Positions 14,601-28,600 of a DNA stretch of 64,000 bases are shown here, piece by piece. The notes below the pieces were generated by a model. It was not told the origin of the DNA. It saw nothing but the letters and a program-made list of their open reading frames with translations, and made no database searches. The position numbers and the translations under genes are program-made. The stretch comes from Octopus bimaculoides (lineage: Eukaryota): NCBI RefSeq assembly GCF_001194135.2, contig NC_068986.1, positions 91,580,800 through 91,644,799 of the forward strand. Direction: 5' to 3'. How positions within the stretch are numbered: position 1 is the stretch's first letter; every line of letters starts with the position of its first letter.

Positions 14601-17600
14601 TCATGTTCTGGACGACCAATAGTTTGGGCCAAAGGAGACTTGCAAGCCTTTTTGGATGTTGAGCTGTCATCAAGCACTCACAAATTGGCTTAAGAACTTG
14701 GTGTTGATCAGAAGACAGTTTGGAATCATCTAAAGTAACTTGATTCAGTCCACAAAAAGCCACGACAAGATACACATGAGTTGACTGAAGCACAAGCAGC
14801 CAAACAAGTTATAATTTGCTGCCAATTGCTCAACAATAAGTTGGATGACAGGTTTTGGAAGCGAATTGTGACATCAGACAAGAAGTGGGTCTACTTGGTC
14901 AATCACAATCAAAACAAGCGTTGGGTCCCAAAAGGTCAAATTCCTTGATCTCTTCCAAAGCAAAATCAATTTGGAAAGAAGATCATGATTTCCATTTGGT
15001 AGAACTTCAAAGGAATCTTGCATTTTGAACTTGTGCTGAATGGGCGTGCCATCAATGCTGAACTTTACTGTGAGCAACTTGATTGAGTCTACGATGCACT
15101 AGTTGAAAAGTACCCAAAACTTGCTTGTCGAAAATGCACTTTGTTTCAACAAGACAATGCAAAGCCGCATATGGCCAGAAAAACCATCAACAAGACTGCA
15201 GCCTATAGTCCAGATGTTGCCCCATCTGACTACGGTCTCTTCCAATTAATGCTGTAATTTATGAAAAGTCGCTGATTTGAGTCATTTGATGAAGTTGAAG
15301 AAGCTTGTCAAGAATTTTTCGATTCAAAGCTGAAGGATTGGTACTTTGACCAAATCCGAAAGCTTGCAGATCATTGGCAGAAGGTGGTGGAAAATGATGG
15401 TCTTTATTTTGAAGAATAGTTGTTGTTTATTTTTGAATAAATTCTTGCATAAAAAAATCATTATTTTAACACAGTGCATGAACTTTTTCCATAACCTAGT
15501 AAAATTCTTAACAATATCAAAAGCAACCCCAACTGAGCTGCACCTAATATACAAAGTCACAACTTTACAAATTCAATTAAATGCCCTATCCCTCAAACAA
15601 AGAAATCTAGTAATTGATATATAGACTCTTATTAGGTGGTTATCATATATACTAAGGTCCTTAAATTAAAATATCAATTATAACTGATTCAGCAAGAGGA
15701 AATTGGAAGACACAAGAGTGGAGAAAAGAGTTCCATATGAAGAACACCAAGAAATGTATACAATATAAATATGTATCATTAATTTACAAAAATACATTAT
15801 TTGAATGCAATAGAGGTTTGATAAAAAAAGATTATAGTTACCTGTTGGTATCGTAAAGTTAAGGCTGATGGACCTGTATTGGTGGAGCTGGACAGAAATC
15901 GTATTAAGACATTCATGAAATTAGGGTTTGAGAGAATGACAGAAGCCATGGGTTTCCCAACAGTTAGATTGCCATGAGACACCCACTGGTTACAGAGCAA
16001 TGTGAGGGTTTGGAATGCAAGTACCCAGGTGCGGACAGGAATGTTGGGCATGTAAGAGAGGGCTTCAAGAAGAGTGTTTACAAAAGAAGGGTTCAACATT
16101 ATAAGAGGGGTTTTGCTAGAGTCAAATACTACTGGCTGTCCGCTGCTAACACCAGCATCTTCATGGTTGCTGTCTTCATTCAACATTAACCAAAGCTGAA
16201 GCAAAGTGTCTAAATGGACTTGTTGACTCAAAAGCTGAGAGGTCATGTGATCATAGCACATGCAAAGCATTCCTGCAGAACTGGTTGTCTGAAACTAAAG
16301 AAAAGAAATAAAAAAATGGATAAGTAAGACTATAACAAATTTATATAATATTTTATTTACGAAATTAAAATCCTATTAAAACTATAAATTTTACAGTTCA
16401 TGCTGATATTGACTTGATAAGTTAAAAGCAATAATGATTATTTCTAAAACAGGCACAAAGCCACACATTTTGAAAAAGGAAGCCTTTAACTTGACCAGTA
16501 TTCATTTAACCTGGAAGGATAAAGGACAAAGTTACACCAAGAAAGGTAAGGAGTAGTAACGGCAGAACATTTAGTCTAATACACTAAAGTGCTGATGGGC
16601 AAGTCTTTTCAGTTCTGTTTTCTGCATTTGAAATAACGACCTTACCAAAGAGTTTCTACACCTGCTAGAAACAGCAGCCAAACCTCCCTTAAATCATATC
16701 CAAGCATCTTAAAACAAGAGGGTCACATTGATATTACAGTCCTAGATATATTATCCAGTAATTTTATTGACCATACATTTACAGGATGTAGCTGACCTAG
16801 TGCTAAACAACAATATTAACAGTAATTAAAGTAAAATGATCATACTTGTGTTGGGCTGGTACACTGTATTATCTCACTCAGTTCGTCATCTGTGCTGGAA
16901 AATTGGAATGGTTGGAAAAAATGCCAGATTGGAGGGGCAAGTGGCAGACGTGCATTGAATGCTCCCTGGACAGACACCATCTGATAAGAAAGCATCACCT
17001 GAAGAAGAAGAACAACAACAGTTACAATGAAAACTTTACATTATACATCTTTTGTTTGCCAAACTAAATAACCATTTACGTCATTTACTTGAGGATAAGT
17101 TACACTATTTTATACTTGATTTTAACTGGAAAAACTGGGATGCAAGTTATACATAGGGCAAAAACTATAACTATGAAAGGAAAAAATTTTGTACAAAGAT
17201 TTAATACTAAATTAGGGGTGCAATTCATACACAAGTAAATACAGTACGTTTCTTCAAACAACACTACCATAAAGACACCATTTTTAGTTTATTTGTAAGC
17301 ACATTCTTTTTATAGTGTATCATCATTATTTTATGTCCACTTCTCCATGTTGGTATGGATTTGACAGATGTGACACCATTTCCTCACTTACTGCCCCACT
17401 TCGCTTTGTATTCTGCTGCCAAAAAGAAATGCCAGGTTGGAGAGACTAGAGGTAGACAAACATCAAGTTATGGAAATTCTGTTTTGTTTTGTTTTTTCTT
17501 TCTTAATTAGTGAGCCAGAGTTAATTTCCCGGTACAAAACTGCTGACTGCAGAACCAAATGTATGCATTAATTCCATTTATAACATTGGTCTGGTAGCAT

Positions 17601-19663
17601 CAATAACCTGCTAGAATTAACATCCAACCCTCCCACAAATCCATTGGCCGAGATACTCTATACCTGAAAAGACTGAATGGTTACAGTTGCAATGCCTTTG
17701 ATAATATGGTCTGCTGAGTCATGTCTAACCTGGATCTAAACAAGAGTCACTTGCGACCTACAGAAAGAAGATGGAAGTGACAACTGCAGAATGAAACATT
17801 TCGACATTTCAGTAGAAATTTATACAAATGAATCCCCACAAAAAAAAAAACTAAAAAAAAGAGAGAGAGAATATGCACTTACTCGCAAGCCAAGCTCAGC
17901 TTGAAGCTGTAAGCCAAGTTCCAAGCGGAAATCCACAGCTGCTGATAGTCCTTGAGGCCCAAGGAGAGATTTTCCATAGTCAAATTTGGATTTACATTGT
18001 TTCATTTTCTGTTTCTTTTCATCCGGGTAGTAAACGCTGTCAATATAAGATTTAACATCTGATACCACAACTGAATCAACTTGTTAGTATCTAAGAGCAA
18101 GACCCTTCAGCCTCCTGAACCTTAAAAAATACTTAAGATAGGAAAATGGAACTGGCTGTCTTGTTCAGTATATAGTGTAACATTTGTATTAAATAATAAT
18201 AATCTTGACATAGTCTCCTTTTTCTTTCTTCAAGTTCACAGATGCCATGTCCCCCAAAAGTGTAGGAATATTACAATCCAGTGCTTTTTTTCTTTAAGCA
18301 ACCTCACTTGAAAACCTGAATATACATTAGGTGGTGCATGTAATTTGATGACTGTAACACAATAAACCAATACCACTACACTTTTAGCAAAACTCTGATG
18401 AAACAAATAGAAAAATAGTAATGAAAACAAAATAAAACATTTTTAACATGCAGAAAAGTGGAAAATCTAAAAGAATAGACATATTAGAGAATATTCTGAT
18501 ATTCACATAGCCTGATGTACTTCATTGATCTATTGGGAACTATAAAACTGATAGCACTTTAAAGAGTGGAGTTTATGAAAACCTACCAATTAACACATGA
18601 CATGTTTATAGTGAAATGTGAACATTTTCCAATAGACAAAAATCCAGCTTTATTTAGTTCCCGAACTGATTGTTTTAGAAGGTGAGAAAAATCAAGAACT
18701 TACGAAGCTAGTGCATCTGGAGTATTGTTGCCATCTGCTGACTGGACAGACTGGATAGAGCCCTCATCACAATCCAGTCCAGGGGGTGGCTTAGATTGAA
18801 CTCCTACCATGAATTCCTGAAATTTAGCAGCAGCATCATCATCATATTCATTTTCTTCCAGTAAGAAATCCAAGTTAGTCTTTGATGTTGATTCTTTTGT
18901 TTGACCAAGTTCAGAGTCTACATTTTGAGATTGAACACCAAAATATCAATTTAATAGAGTCTTTTAAAAAAGAAAATTTTCATAAATAAAACATATAAAG
19001 CTAACAAATTCTAGTATTGGTTTAAAAGAAAACCGAAGCTAAATAGAATAAATGGAACCTGTGAGAAAGGATTCAAAGCTGAAAGAGAAGTGCTGAATTG
19101 AACTGATGATCCTAATTATGCACTTTTGACAGAATGACATAAACAGTGACAATAGCTACCTTACATTTACTAGATACACTAGTAAACTAGCAAATAGACT
19201 AAATTATACCAAGTGATAATGGAATAAAAAGATGAAAAATACAAACCAGTGGCATCAATGGCTTCAACTGCCATAGCATCTAATGAAGGTATAGGAAGGC
19301 TTCCAGACAAGGAATCCAATTTGTCATTTACAGCAGCTGATATGTCATCATCTGTGACTCCCTCCAACGGGCTACTAGCAGGATAGAGTCGTTCACCTGG
19401 GAAGACAGAAAACAACAGTAAATAAGTAAACAGGGATGCAAACATGGCTGTCTAAGAGTTTTACTTCACAACCCTATGGTTCCCAGTTTACTACCACAGT
19501 ACAGTACCTTGAGCAAGTCACTTTTACTAAGGTTCTGAAGTGAATACAGCCTTGCAAGTGGAATTTGAAAGATGTAAATTGTGCAGAAAGCTGCTATATT
19601 TCAGCAACAAAAGATGTAAACAACAATGTCATGATCATTTTACATCTATTTTACTACACCGAC

Positions 19664-19694
<31 letters not shown>

Positions 19695-22600
19695 GGGTGT
19701 AAGAGAAGACAGTATGATAGGAGGAGAGAGGAAGATGAAAAGAGAATTAAAAAGGAAAAGAAAGAGGAGAGGGTGACAAAACCAATAAATTAGTGCTTGT
19801 GAATGAAGTATCTTGGGATATTTACACCTACATTCCCTTATTCTCACATCAAAAACCTGTAACCAATAACATTACTATGTACAAAATGCTACAAAAAAAA
19901 AAACTAACAAATAAAACAAACTAGATATTTACCATCCAAGATGTCTTGTAAAAGACAAGTAATTGCATGCCCAGCCCAAGGGCCTCCCCAAGCAACGGTG
20001 CCATGGTTGAAATCTTGGTTAGCTGCCAAAAGGATTAACTGCTGAAGTTGGTCTTGGGTCATGGCCTCTGACAAACAAATGGCTGGTCTTGTTGCCAAGC
20101 AAATTCGTGCTAAAACCTGATTCGTGTTAGAAGAAAGGCAACATCAGTATTAAGATAAAAATGACAAAATGGGGCATGAGCCATAAAGAAAGAAAAAATT
20201 CAATTCTCATTCTCTACTTTATTGACAGCTTTACNNNNNNNNNNGGGGGGCAGGGAGTTTTTGTATGTTTTGTAATTATTTTTTAATCTAAACAAGACAA
20301 TCATTGATCTCAGAAAGGGAAGGCAGGCTTTCCAAACTATGGTTAATAGAAAATTATGATGTCAATTTTTCATAAGCCTAAGTTTAAATCACTCACCCAC
20401 AACATTTAATAATGGTATTTCATTGCCAGAAATGAGGGGGTTAGTTGTGTTATTAATACCCACCACTACCAATATCTTAATGACCTTATTTTTTCAACCT
20501 CAGAGCAATAAGAAGGGTAGAGTTGACTGCACTAAGGTTGGAATTTCAAGTACTGAGACCAAATTAAAGCAACCACTGAACTACCACATCACAGCATCTG
20601 GCTTAGTCCCATACTCCAGACTGCCATTTCTATTCAACTATCAATAACAGCATCTAGCTAAGTTCCACATTGCTACATTGTAGTTGATAGTATAAGCAAC
20701 ACTCAAAGTGGTAAAGTGGCAGAAACAGAAGAGTAGTTAACTTAGTACCATTCAGTATTTAGAGTGGGCCTACATTCAGAGTTTGAAATGCAGAGGCCGT
20801 AAAGTATCAGTCAACTATTACAGTTCATTCAACAATATATGAATATTTGTAAATTTGTATCAATCTGAGGGATCATTAACAATTCTAATTTTGGCAAGAG
20901 GGAGCAAATTTGAGAAAAGAGGGAAGCCAATAACATTGATACCAGTGCTCAACTGGTACTTATTTTAATAACCCAAAAAGCTGAAAGGCAGAATTGGCAT
21001 TGGTAGAATTTCAACTCAGAATGTCAAGAGCTGGAAGAACTGCTTCATTAACAACAACAACTTACATAACAGTAAAAAAAGAATCATTATCATCATCATC
21101 GTTTAACGTCCGCTTTCCATGCTAGCATGGGTTGGACGATCTGACTGAGGACTGGTGAAACCAGATAGCTACAGCAGGCTCCAATCTGATTTGGCAGAGT
21201 TTCTACAGCAGGATGCCCTTCCTAACGCCAACCACTCCGAGAGTGTAGTGGGTGCTTTTACATGCCACAGGCACGAAGGCCAGTCAGGCGATACTGGCAA
21301 TGGCCACACTCAAAATGGTGTATTTTACGTGCCACCTGCACAGGAGCCAGTCCAGCGGCACTGACAACGATCTCGCTCAAATGTCTTTCCACGTGCCAGG
21401 AAGGCAACGCTGGTAATGATCATGCTCAAATGAAATTTTAAATCTTGGTGGCATTTGAACTTGGACGAATGAACAACTAAAATAGAAAGAGTAAATCTTC
21501 CAGTTTTATGTCCCATTTATCATGAGAATCTGTTGTACAGATATAAAGGAATGTAATATGGAAGAGAGAGAAAACAATATAATCTTGAAGATATAAGTGA
21601 ATCATTTACCTTGCTGGCTACAAGAAAGAGGTCAACACTGCATGTAGAATCCATACTGAGGATTAGAGTGACAAGACCTCGCACCACGGGAAGACACCTC
21701 TCACGAGGTAATATTAGACTGGAGTCAGCATCGACATCACTTGCATCTTTCACAATGCCAAGGCAGCTGTCATCTTTCACCATTTTCCGGAAATGTTCCC
21801 CATCAGTTTTGCGAATCTGTAAGATAGTGTTGAAATACTGAACCAGAGTGTGGTATTGTTAAATCAACAGTTGCAGTAAACTTTATTTGAACAAAGCATA
21901 CAAGGTTGAGACTTTATACAAAACCGTTTTAAACTACATCAGCCATTTCATGAAACCAAAATAATGCATGGGAAATCTTTGCTTCTATACATGTTGAAAA
22001 ATTTTGACTTGATATTTAGCATAATTCTCTAAGCCATTTGCCAAATACTATCAGGATAGTACAAATTTATTAAAATACTAATATCCTAGATTTAGCAAAA
22101 CAATTATTTAAAGACTATTAAACTCTTTGAAATACAAAACCTCCAAAAGTACTTGTACTGACACAGAATATTTTAGTGGTAGAAAATTTAAAATTGGTTA
22201 CCAGTGAACACTTAGTTCTCTAGTAATTTAGTATAGGTAAATTTTGTGTTTAGAGTGTATGAAGCTGATGGTACCAAAGAAATAGATTTCAAAATTATTC
22301 TTGCTTATTTGCATAGATAGAAACTATCAGCTATAACAGTTTTGCTGAAGTAGATGGAAGAATGTGCTTCTAACACACTCATAAAATACTTGGCTTTATT
22401 GCTTTCGATAGCAGGAAAAACTCAACTAACTCACACAGGAAGTCCCATTTGTGTTAGTTCCATCAAAGCAGCATGGAAAAATTAGCATAAAACTAATTAT
22501 ACACACACATACACCAACTGTGCATATCTCAGTTTTAGAACGGGCACACTTCATCCTTGCAAATTGTAAGAGGTGACAGGAAGGGCTTAAACACTGTCTT

Positions 22601-25600
22601 AGAAAACCCAACCAAGTCATATCAGTGTAGAAAACTATAGATAAATGACAATATTATATATATATAATGGATTCCCCTGTCGAAGACAACATACGAGTGT
22701 TCAGATTTTTGCCAAATGACCTGCGCAAATGATTTGTTTGTAGTGATCAAATGTTCATGCTGCACAACCTATATGATATTTTGTGTTTTTTAAAACCTGA
22801 ATGTTTTAGCAAATAACAGCTAGCATGGCATAATTGCTTGTTTAAACATAATCTTAATTAACTCATCAGGTGATAATTTGCATAACAGGATATATATTGA
22901 GCATTTTACTGGTGTAAAATGCTCAATATATATTCCTGTTATGCAAATTATCAACATCACCAATGGTACACCACACCACTGATATTATAAAGGCTAAACA
23001 TTAAATACATTCCTTGCAATATAAAAACAAGGAAATTTCACAGGAAAATATGGCTGAAGGTAGCAAATACACACCTTTGATGCATACTGGGATATCTTTT
23101 TAAATTGCTGCTCATGTTGTTTAAAGAGGGCTTGAGCTTCTGAGCTGAGACTCTGGGAATATTTCTCTGCCTGTGACGCTAGAAACTTCTTTTTTGCCTG
23201 CTCCAAATCCTGAAGTTTTTGTTTGTGATGGAATATTCTTTTCTGCAGACATCTCCGATAAGACTTCATTGATTGTTTCACTTTGCTTTTGTTTGGTTGA
23301 CCAGACATATCACCTTGCAGAAAACTCCAACGATTTGGAAGGTAAGTACCTGCGAGACATAATTACAGAGCGACAGTGAAATGTGATGTTTCTTTTAATA
23401 GCTTTTCAATAATTTTATCAAAGGTGTCCTATATGTGATACACACAAAATGATTAAAAAAAAAAATTTGAATATTTAATTTACAGATGAATTCATGAGTA
23501 AGTCAATGTTACAAACTAAAATGTTAAATGATTAAGTCATAATGACCAGTTCATCTCGATGTTAACATGTACAGTACGTGAAAAGTATTTCATTATACAC
23601 ATCATGAGCACTGTATAATTGTTAAGTATTGCATTGCCCTGTAATTGACTCACCCTAAGACACTACCTGAAGCTAAAGTCTTCAACGGTGGATTACAGTG
23701 ATTCCAATTACATGTGAATTACTTGGAATTACATGGAATTAATAACTTTACATCGAAATAACTGTTGTCCTTCAAACTAAACACTCAATGTATTTTAGAG
23801 AAATATGTTCCAGTAACACAGCAAACATTCACTCCCCAGAAGGATTTTAGAAGCTTTTCTCTGACATTAGGAAGGATTTGACTACAGTACTACCAGCTAA
23901 TGAAATGTGTTAATCATTCAGTGCTGCTCCTGATAATAACAGCCAGGTAGATCAACTGTAGTTCTCACTGAGAGCTAAGAAGACTGAGCTGTAAGTTAAA
24001 TGCCACTTCACAATATATGGTAGATTGCTGGAGACAAGATATCAAACACTTTGCAGCTGGAAGGACAATTATTCACTCACTACTAAAGTGATACAATGAA
24101 CAGGGTTTGTGTGTTTCAGCAAATTTAAACACTGTCCTTGCTTGTGGAACCAAATAGGAAATATATAGGCATGTAGAATTGTGAACCATATCTCAAAGAA
24201 ATTAATTCAGAATGCAATGTCAACATCTATTCTTTTCTTAAAAGCTGACTTTATAACTGAAAAAAGTGCTTGACAATGTTTCACCATCTCAAACTTATTC
24301 TCACAATGATTATTACACTCAACATTTAACAATAAAAACTTCGCAATTTTTTAAACGAAACTGAACAAACAAATAATTCAAATAAGCACATCCAAAGAGA
24401 GCTAAATATTAAATTTAGTTATTGTGCTCACGATTGCAGTTATCACAATAGTAACAGATTACCTACCACTGTCCTTATCTTTGCGAGCGTTTTTGTCATC
24501 ATCTCCATTGCCACCATTCTGCATCGTGTGGTCGAGGTTGCGACAGAGAAACAACAGGATCCACCCAACGAGAGTCAAATCAACGCTGCCTACAAGAGAA
24601 CAACTTTGGTAATTAGGTACAGTCCTTGCCTGAAGGTAGTGGTGGTGGTAATTGATGCTGATGGGAATGATACCTGATGATTGGTCATATGATAAATGTA
24701 ATGATGGACAGTAATAGGACACCGGGACTGAATGTTGAAGATTTTTAGGGGATGAAGAGGAAAGAGTTCAGTAAAATCCATTGGAGCTGAAACTGAATAC
24801 CAAGAAGATAACAGTACTAGTATGGAAGTATTGCATATTGGTAGTGGTGAAAATACTTGTACTGACACAGAAGGTAGCTGTCGGAGAGGAAGACCCATGA
24901 AGACAAAGTTAGGTGTTGAATCTTCCAAATGAGAGATAAAACAGAGAGGGTGAGATGACACAAGACTGAGAAGTGCCATACTGCAGATGTGTGCAACCTA
25001 TGCCTGACAACAGACATTAAAGATGAAAAAACCTTAACATTAAGTTGACAGGTGAATTAAGAAGTAATTTACATCTCTATGTAAACAACTTGATGTGTTT
25101 CACAGATACATTTCAGAGCGATAGAAGAATAATTTTACATCAGCTCCATGTCAAACCGTCCAACCCATACCAGCATGGAGAGCAGATGTTAAACAATGAT
25201 GATAAGCAACAAAAAGAGGAATTTATAGTCAAAAGGCTTCATTATATTTAAGATTTCATCAGGGAAAAGGTCAATGCCTATTATTTTTGCAAGCCCTCTG
25301 GAAACTAGTGAGATCAATAGGATTTATGTTAATATCTGCTGAAAATACATGAGCAGATGGCTCACTGGAAACAAGGAATGGGCAAAAAAGTGAATTTAGT
25401 GTAAGTTATTAGAATAATCATTTAAATTTCCTACATTATATATTGAAACACTTCAACAAAAATATGTATTCTAAGGTAAACCAAGACAAAGGAAATGGAT
25501 TTATGCATTAGGGCACTAGAAGACAACTGAGGATTGGATAGATTAAACCAGCATTAAACACACACAAATGAAAGATGAATTTAATAGTCTAGAAATTTAA

Positions 25601-28600
25601 TTATGACATGTCATTGTTCTTTAATCACCTAACTCTCAACCCTCGTCAACAGGGAAAATTTTTGAAGGAAGCAATAAAAATAATTGGTGACAAAATGCAA
25701 ACCACTATTCCAGATGGTCTGACTCCAGAAAGTCAATTTGAAATGAAAAGCATTTAATCAGTAACTAAATCATAAACATCCATTTTTTATAGTAGGACTA
25801 GCTGCTACTAGACCGTCACCACACCTAGTTTAAAAACTAAATATTTGTTGCAAGAAGATGGAAGTGATTACACCATGTCCTAGAACTTTGTTTGTAGCAA
25901 CAAAAAACAGTAATTTTAATGTGAAGTCTTTCTTGAAAATTTAACAAAGCTTGTGATAAAATGAGCTAAAAAGTTTAAGGAACCAACCTGTTGGCATTCT
26001 GGAGACACCCATAGGATTTGGCATCAATGGTGCCACAGCATGAACAAGCATTCCAAGAAGACTCTCTAAAATATTCACAGCCATGGGGCCCATTAAAGAC
26101 TTCTGACCAAGAGCTGTTAACAAAACAAACACCCTGAAAAAAGAAAATAAGATGTTTCACATTGGCACACAAAAAAAATTTAAAAAAACAGACATTATTT
26201 CTAACAGACACAAGAAATTTGGAGAAAGGGCTACAATCAATTATAGCAAGCCAGTGCTGGAAGTATGAGAGGTAAATTTGGCAGGATTAAAACTCAGAAC
26301 AGAAAGGAATGTAACTAAATACCACAAAACATTTTGTTTGGCACCAATTCTGCCACTCACTGCCTGCAAAATAATAATGATATTCATCATTTCTAATACA
26401 GGAGGGACAGAACCACACTTTGAGAGAGGAGACTGGATTAAATTGACCTATGTACTTATTGATTGGTAACTTATTTACTCAGCTCCAGAAACATGAAAGG
26501 TAAAGTTCATGTTGGTAGGACATGAAATGAAAATAATTAGATATAATTAGGATGGTGATAATCATTTAGTATCCGTTGTTCATGCTGGCATGGGTTGGAT
26601 GGTTTGACCAGGGCTGGCAAGCTGGAAGGCTGCACCAGACTCCAGACTGGTTTGGCATGGTCTCTACAGCTGGATGCCCTTCCTAACAACAACTATTCTG
26701 AGAGTGTAATGGGGCTTTTATGTGCCACCACCATGGGTGCCATTTGCATGACACCAGCATCGGCGATTTTACTTGGCTGAAAGGTATTCACAAGCACGAC
26801 ATAATGCCAAAGGTCTCGGTCATTGCCCCCGTGAGGCCCAACACTCGAAAGGAGCTTTTCATGTGCCACCAGCATCAGTCACTTTGCCTCCGTGAGGCCA
26901 AATGCACAAAAGGTGCCAGTTTTTTTTTTAAGTGCCAGTTAAGTTACACCAGCATCAGCCACAACTACGATTTCATTTGGCTTGATGGGTCTTCTTAAGA
27001 ACAGCATATCGCCAAAGGTCTCGGTCACTAGTCATTGCCTCTGTGAGACCCAAAGTTTGAAAATCATGCTTCATCACCTTGTCCCATGTCTTCCTGGGGC
27101 TACCTCTATCACAGGTCCCTTCCACAATTAGAAATCGGCACGTCTTCGCACAGCTGTCCTTGCCCATATGCATCACATGACCATACCAGCGCAGTCATCT
27201 CTTGCACATCACGTCTGATGCTTTTTATGCCCAACTTTTCACTCAAGATGCTTACACTTTGTTGAACATGCACACTGACTTTGCACATCCAGCAAAGCAT
27301 ACTGGCTTCATTTCTTTCAAGCCTATGCATGTCCTCAGCTGTCACAGCCCATGTTTCACTGCTGTGTAGCATAATTGCTTGCACACAGGCACCATACAAT
27401 CAGCCTTTCACTGTTACCAGCAGAGGTAGGAGCTCTCTGAACTTTGCCCAGCCTAATCTTATTCTCACAGCTACGCTCTCGGAGCATTCACCTCCACTAT
27501 TAACATGGTTACCTCAATAACAGAAGCTATCTACTACCTCTAGCTTACCCACCTGGCAGTTGATGGAGTATTTTCTGTACATTTTTGGTGTTTACTGTAC
27601 ATCTTCTACACACAAAAGCTATTTTCCCTGTTAACCTTCCTCTGATATTACTGCACCTCTTACATGTCCATAGCTTACACCAAGTACATCTTACAGAGTT
27701 TCTACCCACGCCTTTTCTACAGATTGAACAGGGTCATTTACCTGAAGGGATTTGTGATTTGTCTACTTTCCTACCTACAAAGACTTTGGTTTTTGCTAGG
27801 TTAACTCTAAGGCCATTCGATTCTAGACCTTGCTTCCATACCTGAAACTTCTCTAGTTCTGGTAGTGATTCAGCTATAAGAAGAAAGTCATCAGTATAGA
27901 GGAGCTCCCAGGGACAGCCTGTCTTAAATTCCTCTTATTGCCTGGAGGACTATGATGAACAAGAGGATCAATCCTTGGTGAACCCCTACTTGTACCCTGA
28001 ACTCTTTGCCGTACTCGTTGCCAACCCTCAACTTACTGGTAGCTTCCTTGTACATGGCTTGTACAACTCTCATCAACCACTTGTGTATCCCTAGTTTCCA
28101 CATTGACCACCGGATAAGGGATCGGGGGACCCTGTCAAAGGCTTTCTCCAAGTCAACAAAAGCCAAGTAAGAAGTTTATCTTTGACTATGTATTTCCTTC
28201 TGCAGCTGCCTTACCAGAAATATAGCATCAGTGGTGCTTCTCCCTGGCACAAAACCAAACTGCATCTCATCTGGACTAGCTCTCTCCCTAATTAGTTGGG
28301 CTATGACCCTCTCCATAACTTTCATCATCTGATCCAACAATTTGATACCTCTGCAAATATTTCTATCTAAGGCATCACCTTTACCTTTGTAGCCGTTGAT
28401 TATGGTGCTTCTACACTAGTCATTGGGTATGATTCCTCTGTGAACCATCTCTTTTACAATATGGGTGACTAGACCATAACCCACACCACTAGATATTTTA
28501 AGTATCTCAGTGGTGATTCTTAAAGGGCCAGGAGCCTTCCCTGTCTTCATATCCTTAATTACTTTTATCTACCAAGGTCCCATCAATTCGGATAGTTGTT

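Noticed and set aside
18236-18430. Possible extra exon between exons 29 and 30
   Set aside because: The phase-2 frame from the best acceptor hits a stop, and a phase-2 acceptor at 18036 resolves the gene model without it.
24590-24979. 129-aa minus-strand ORF ending at the exon 24 acceptor
   Set aside because: Its stop is the acceptor TAG itself, it has no BIRC6 or other homology, and exons 23 and 24 already join in phase.
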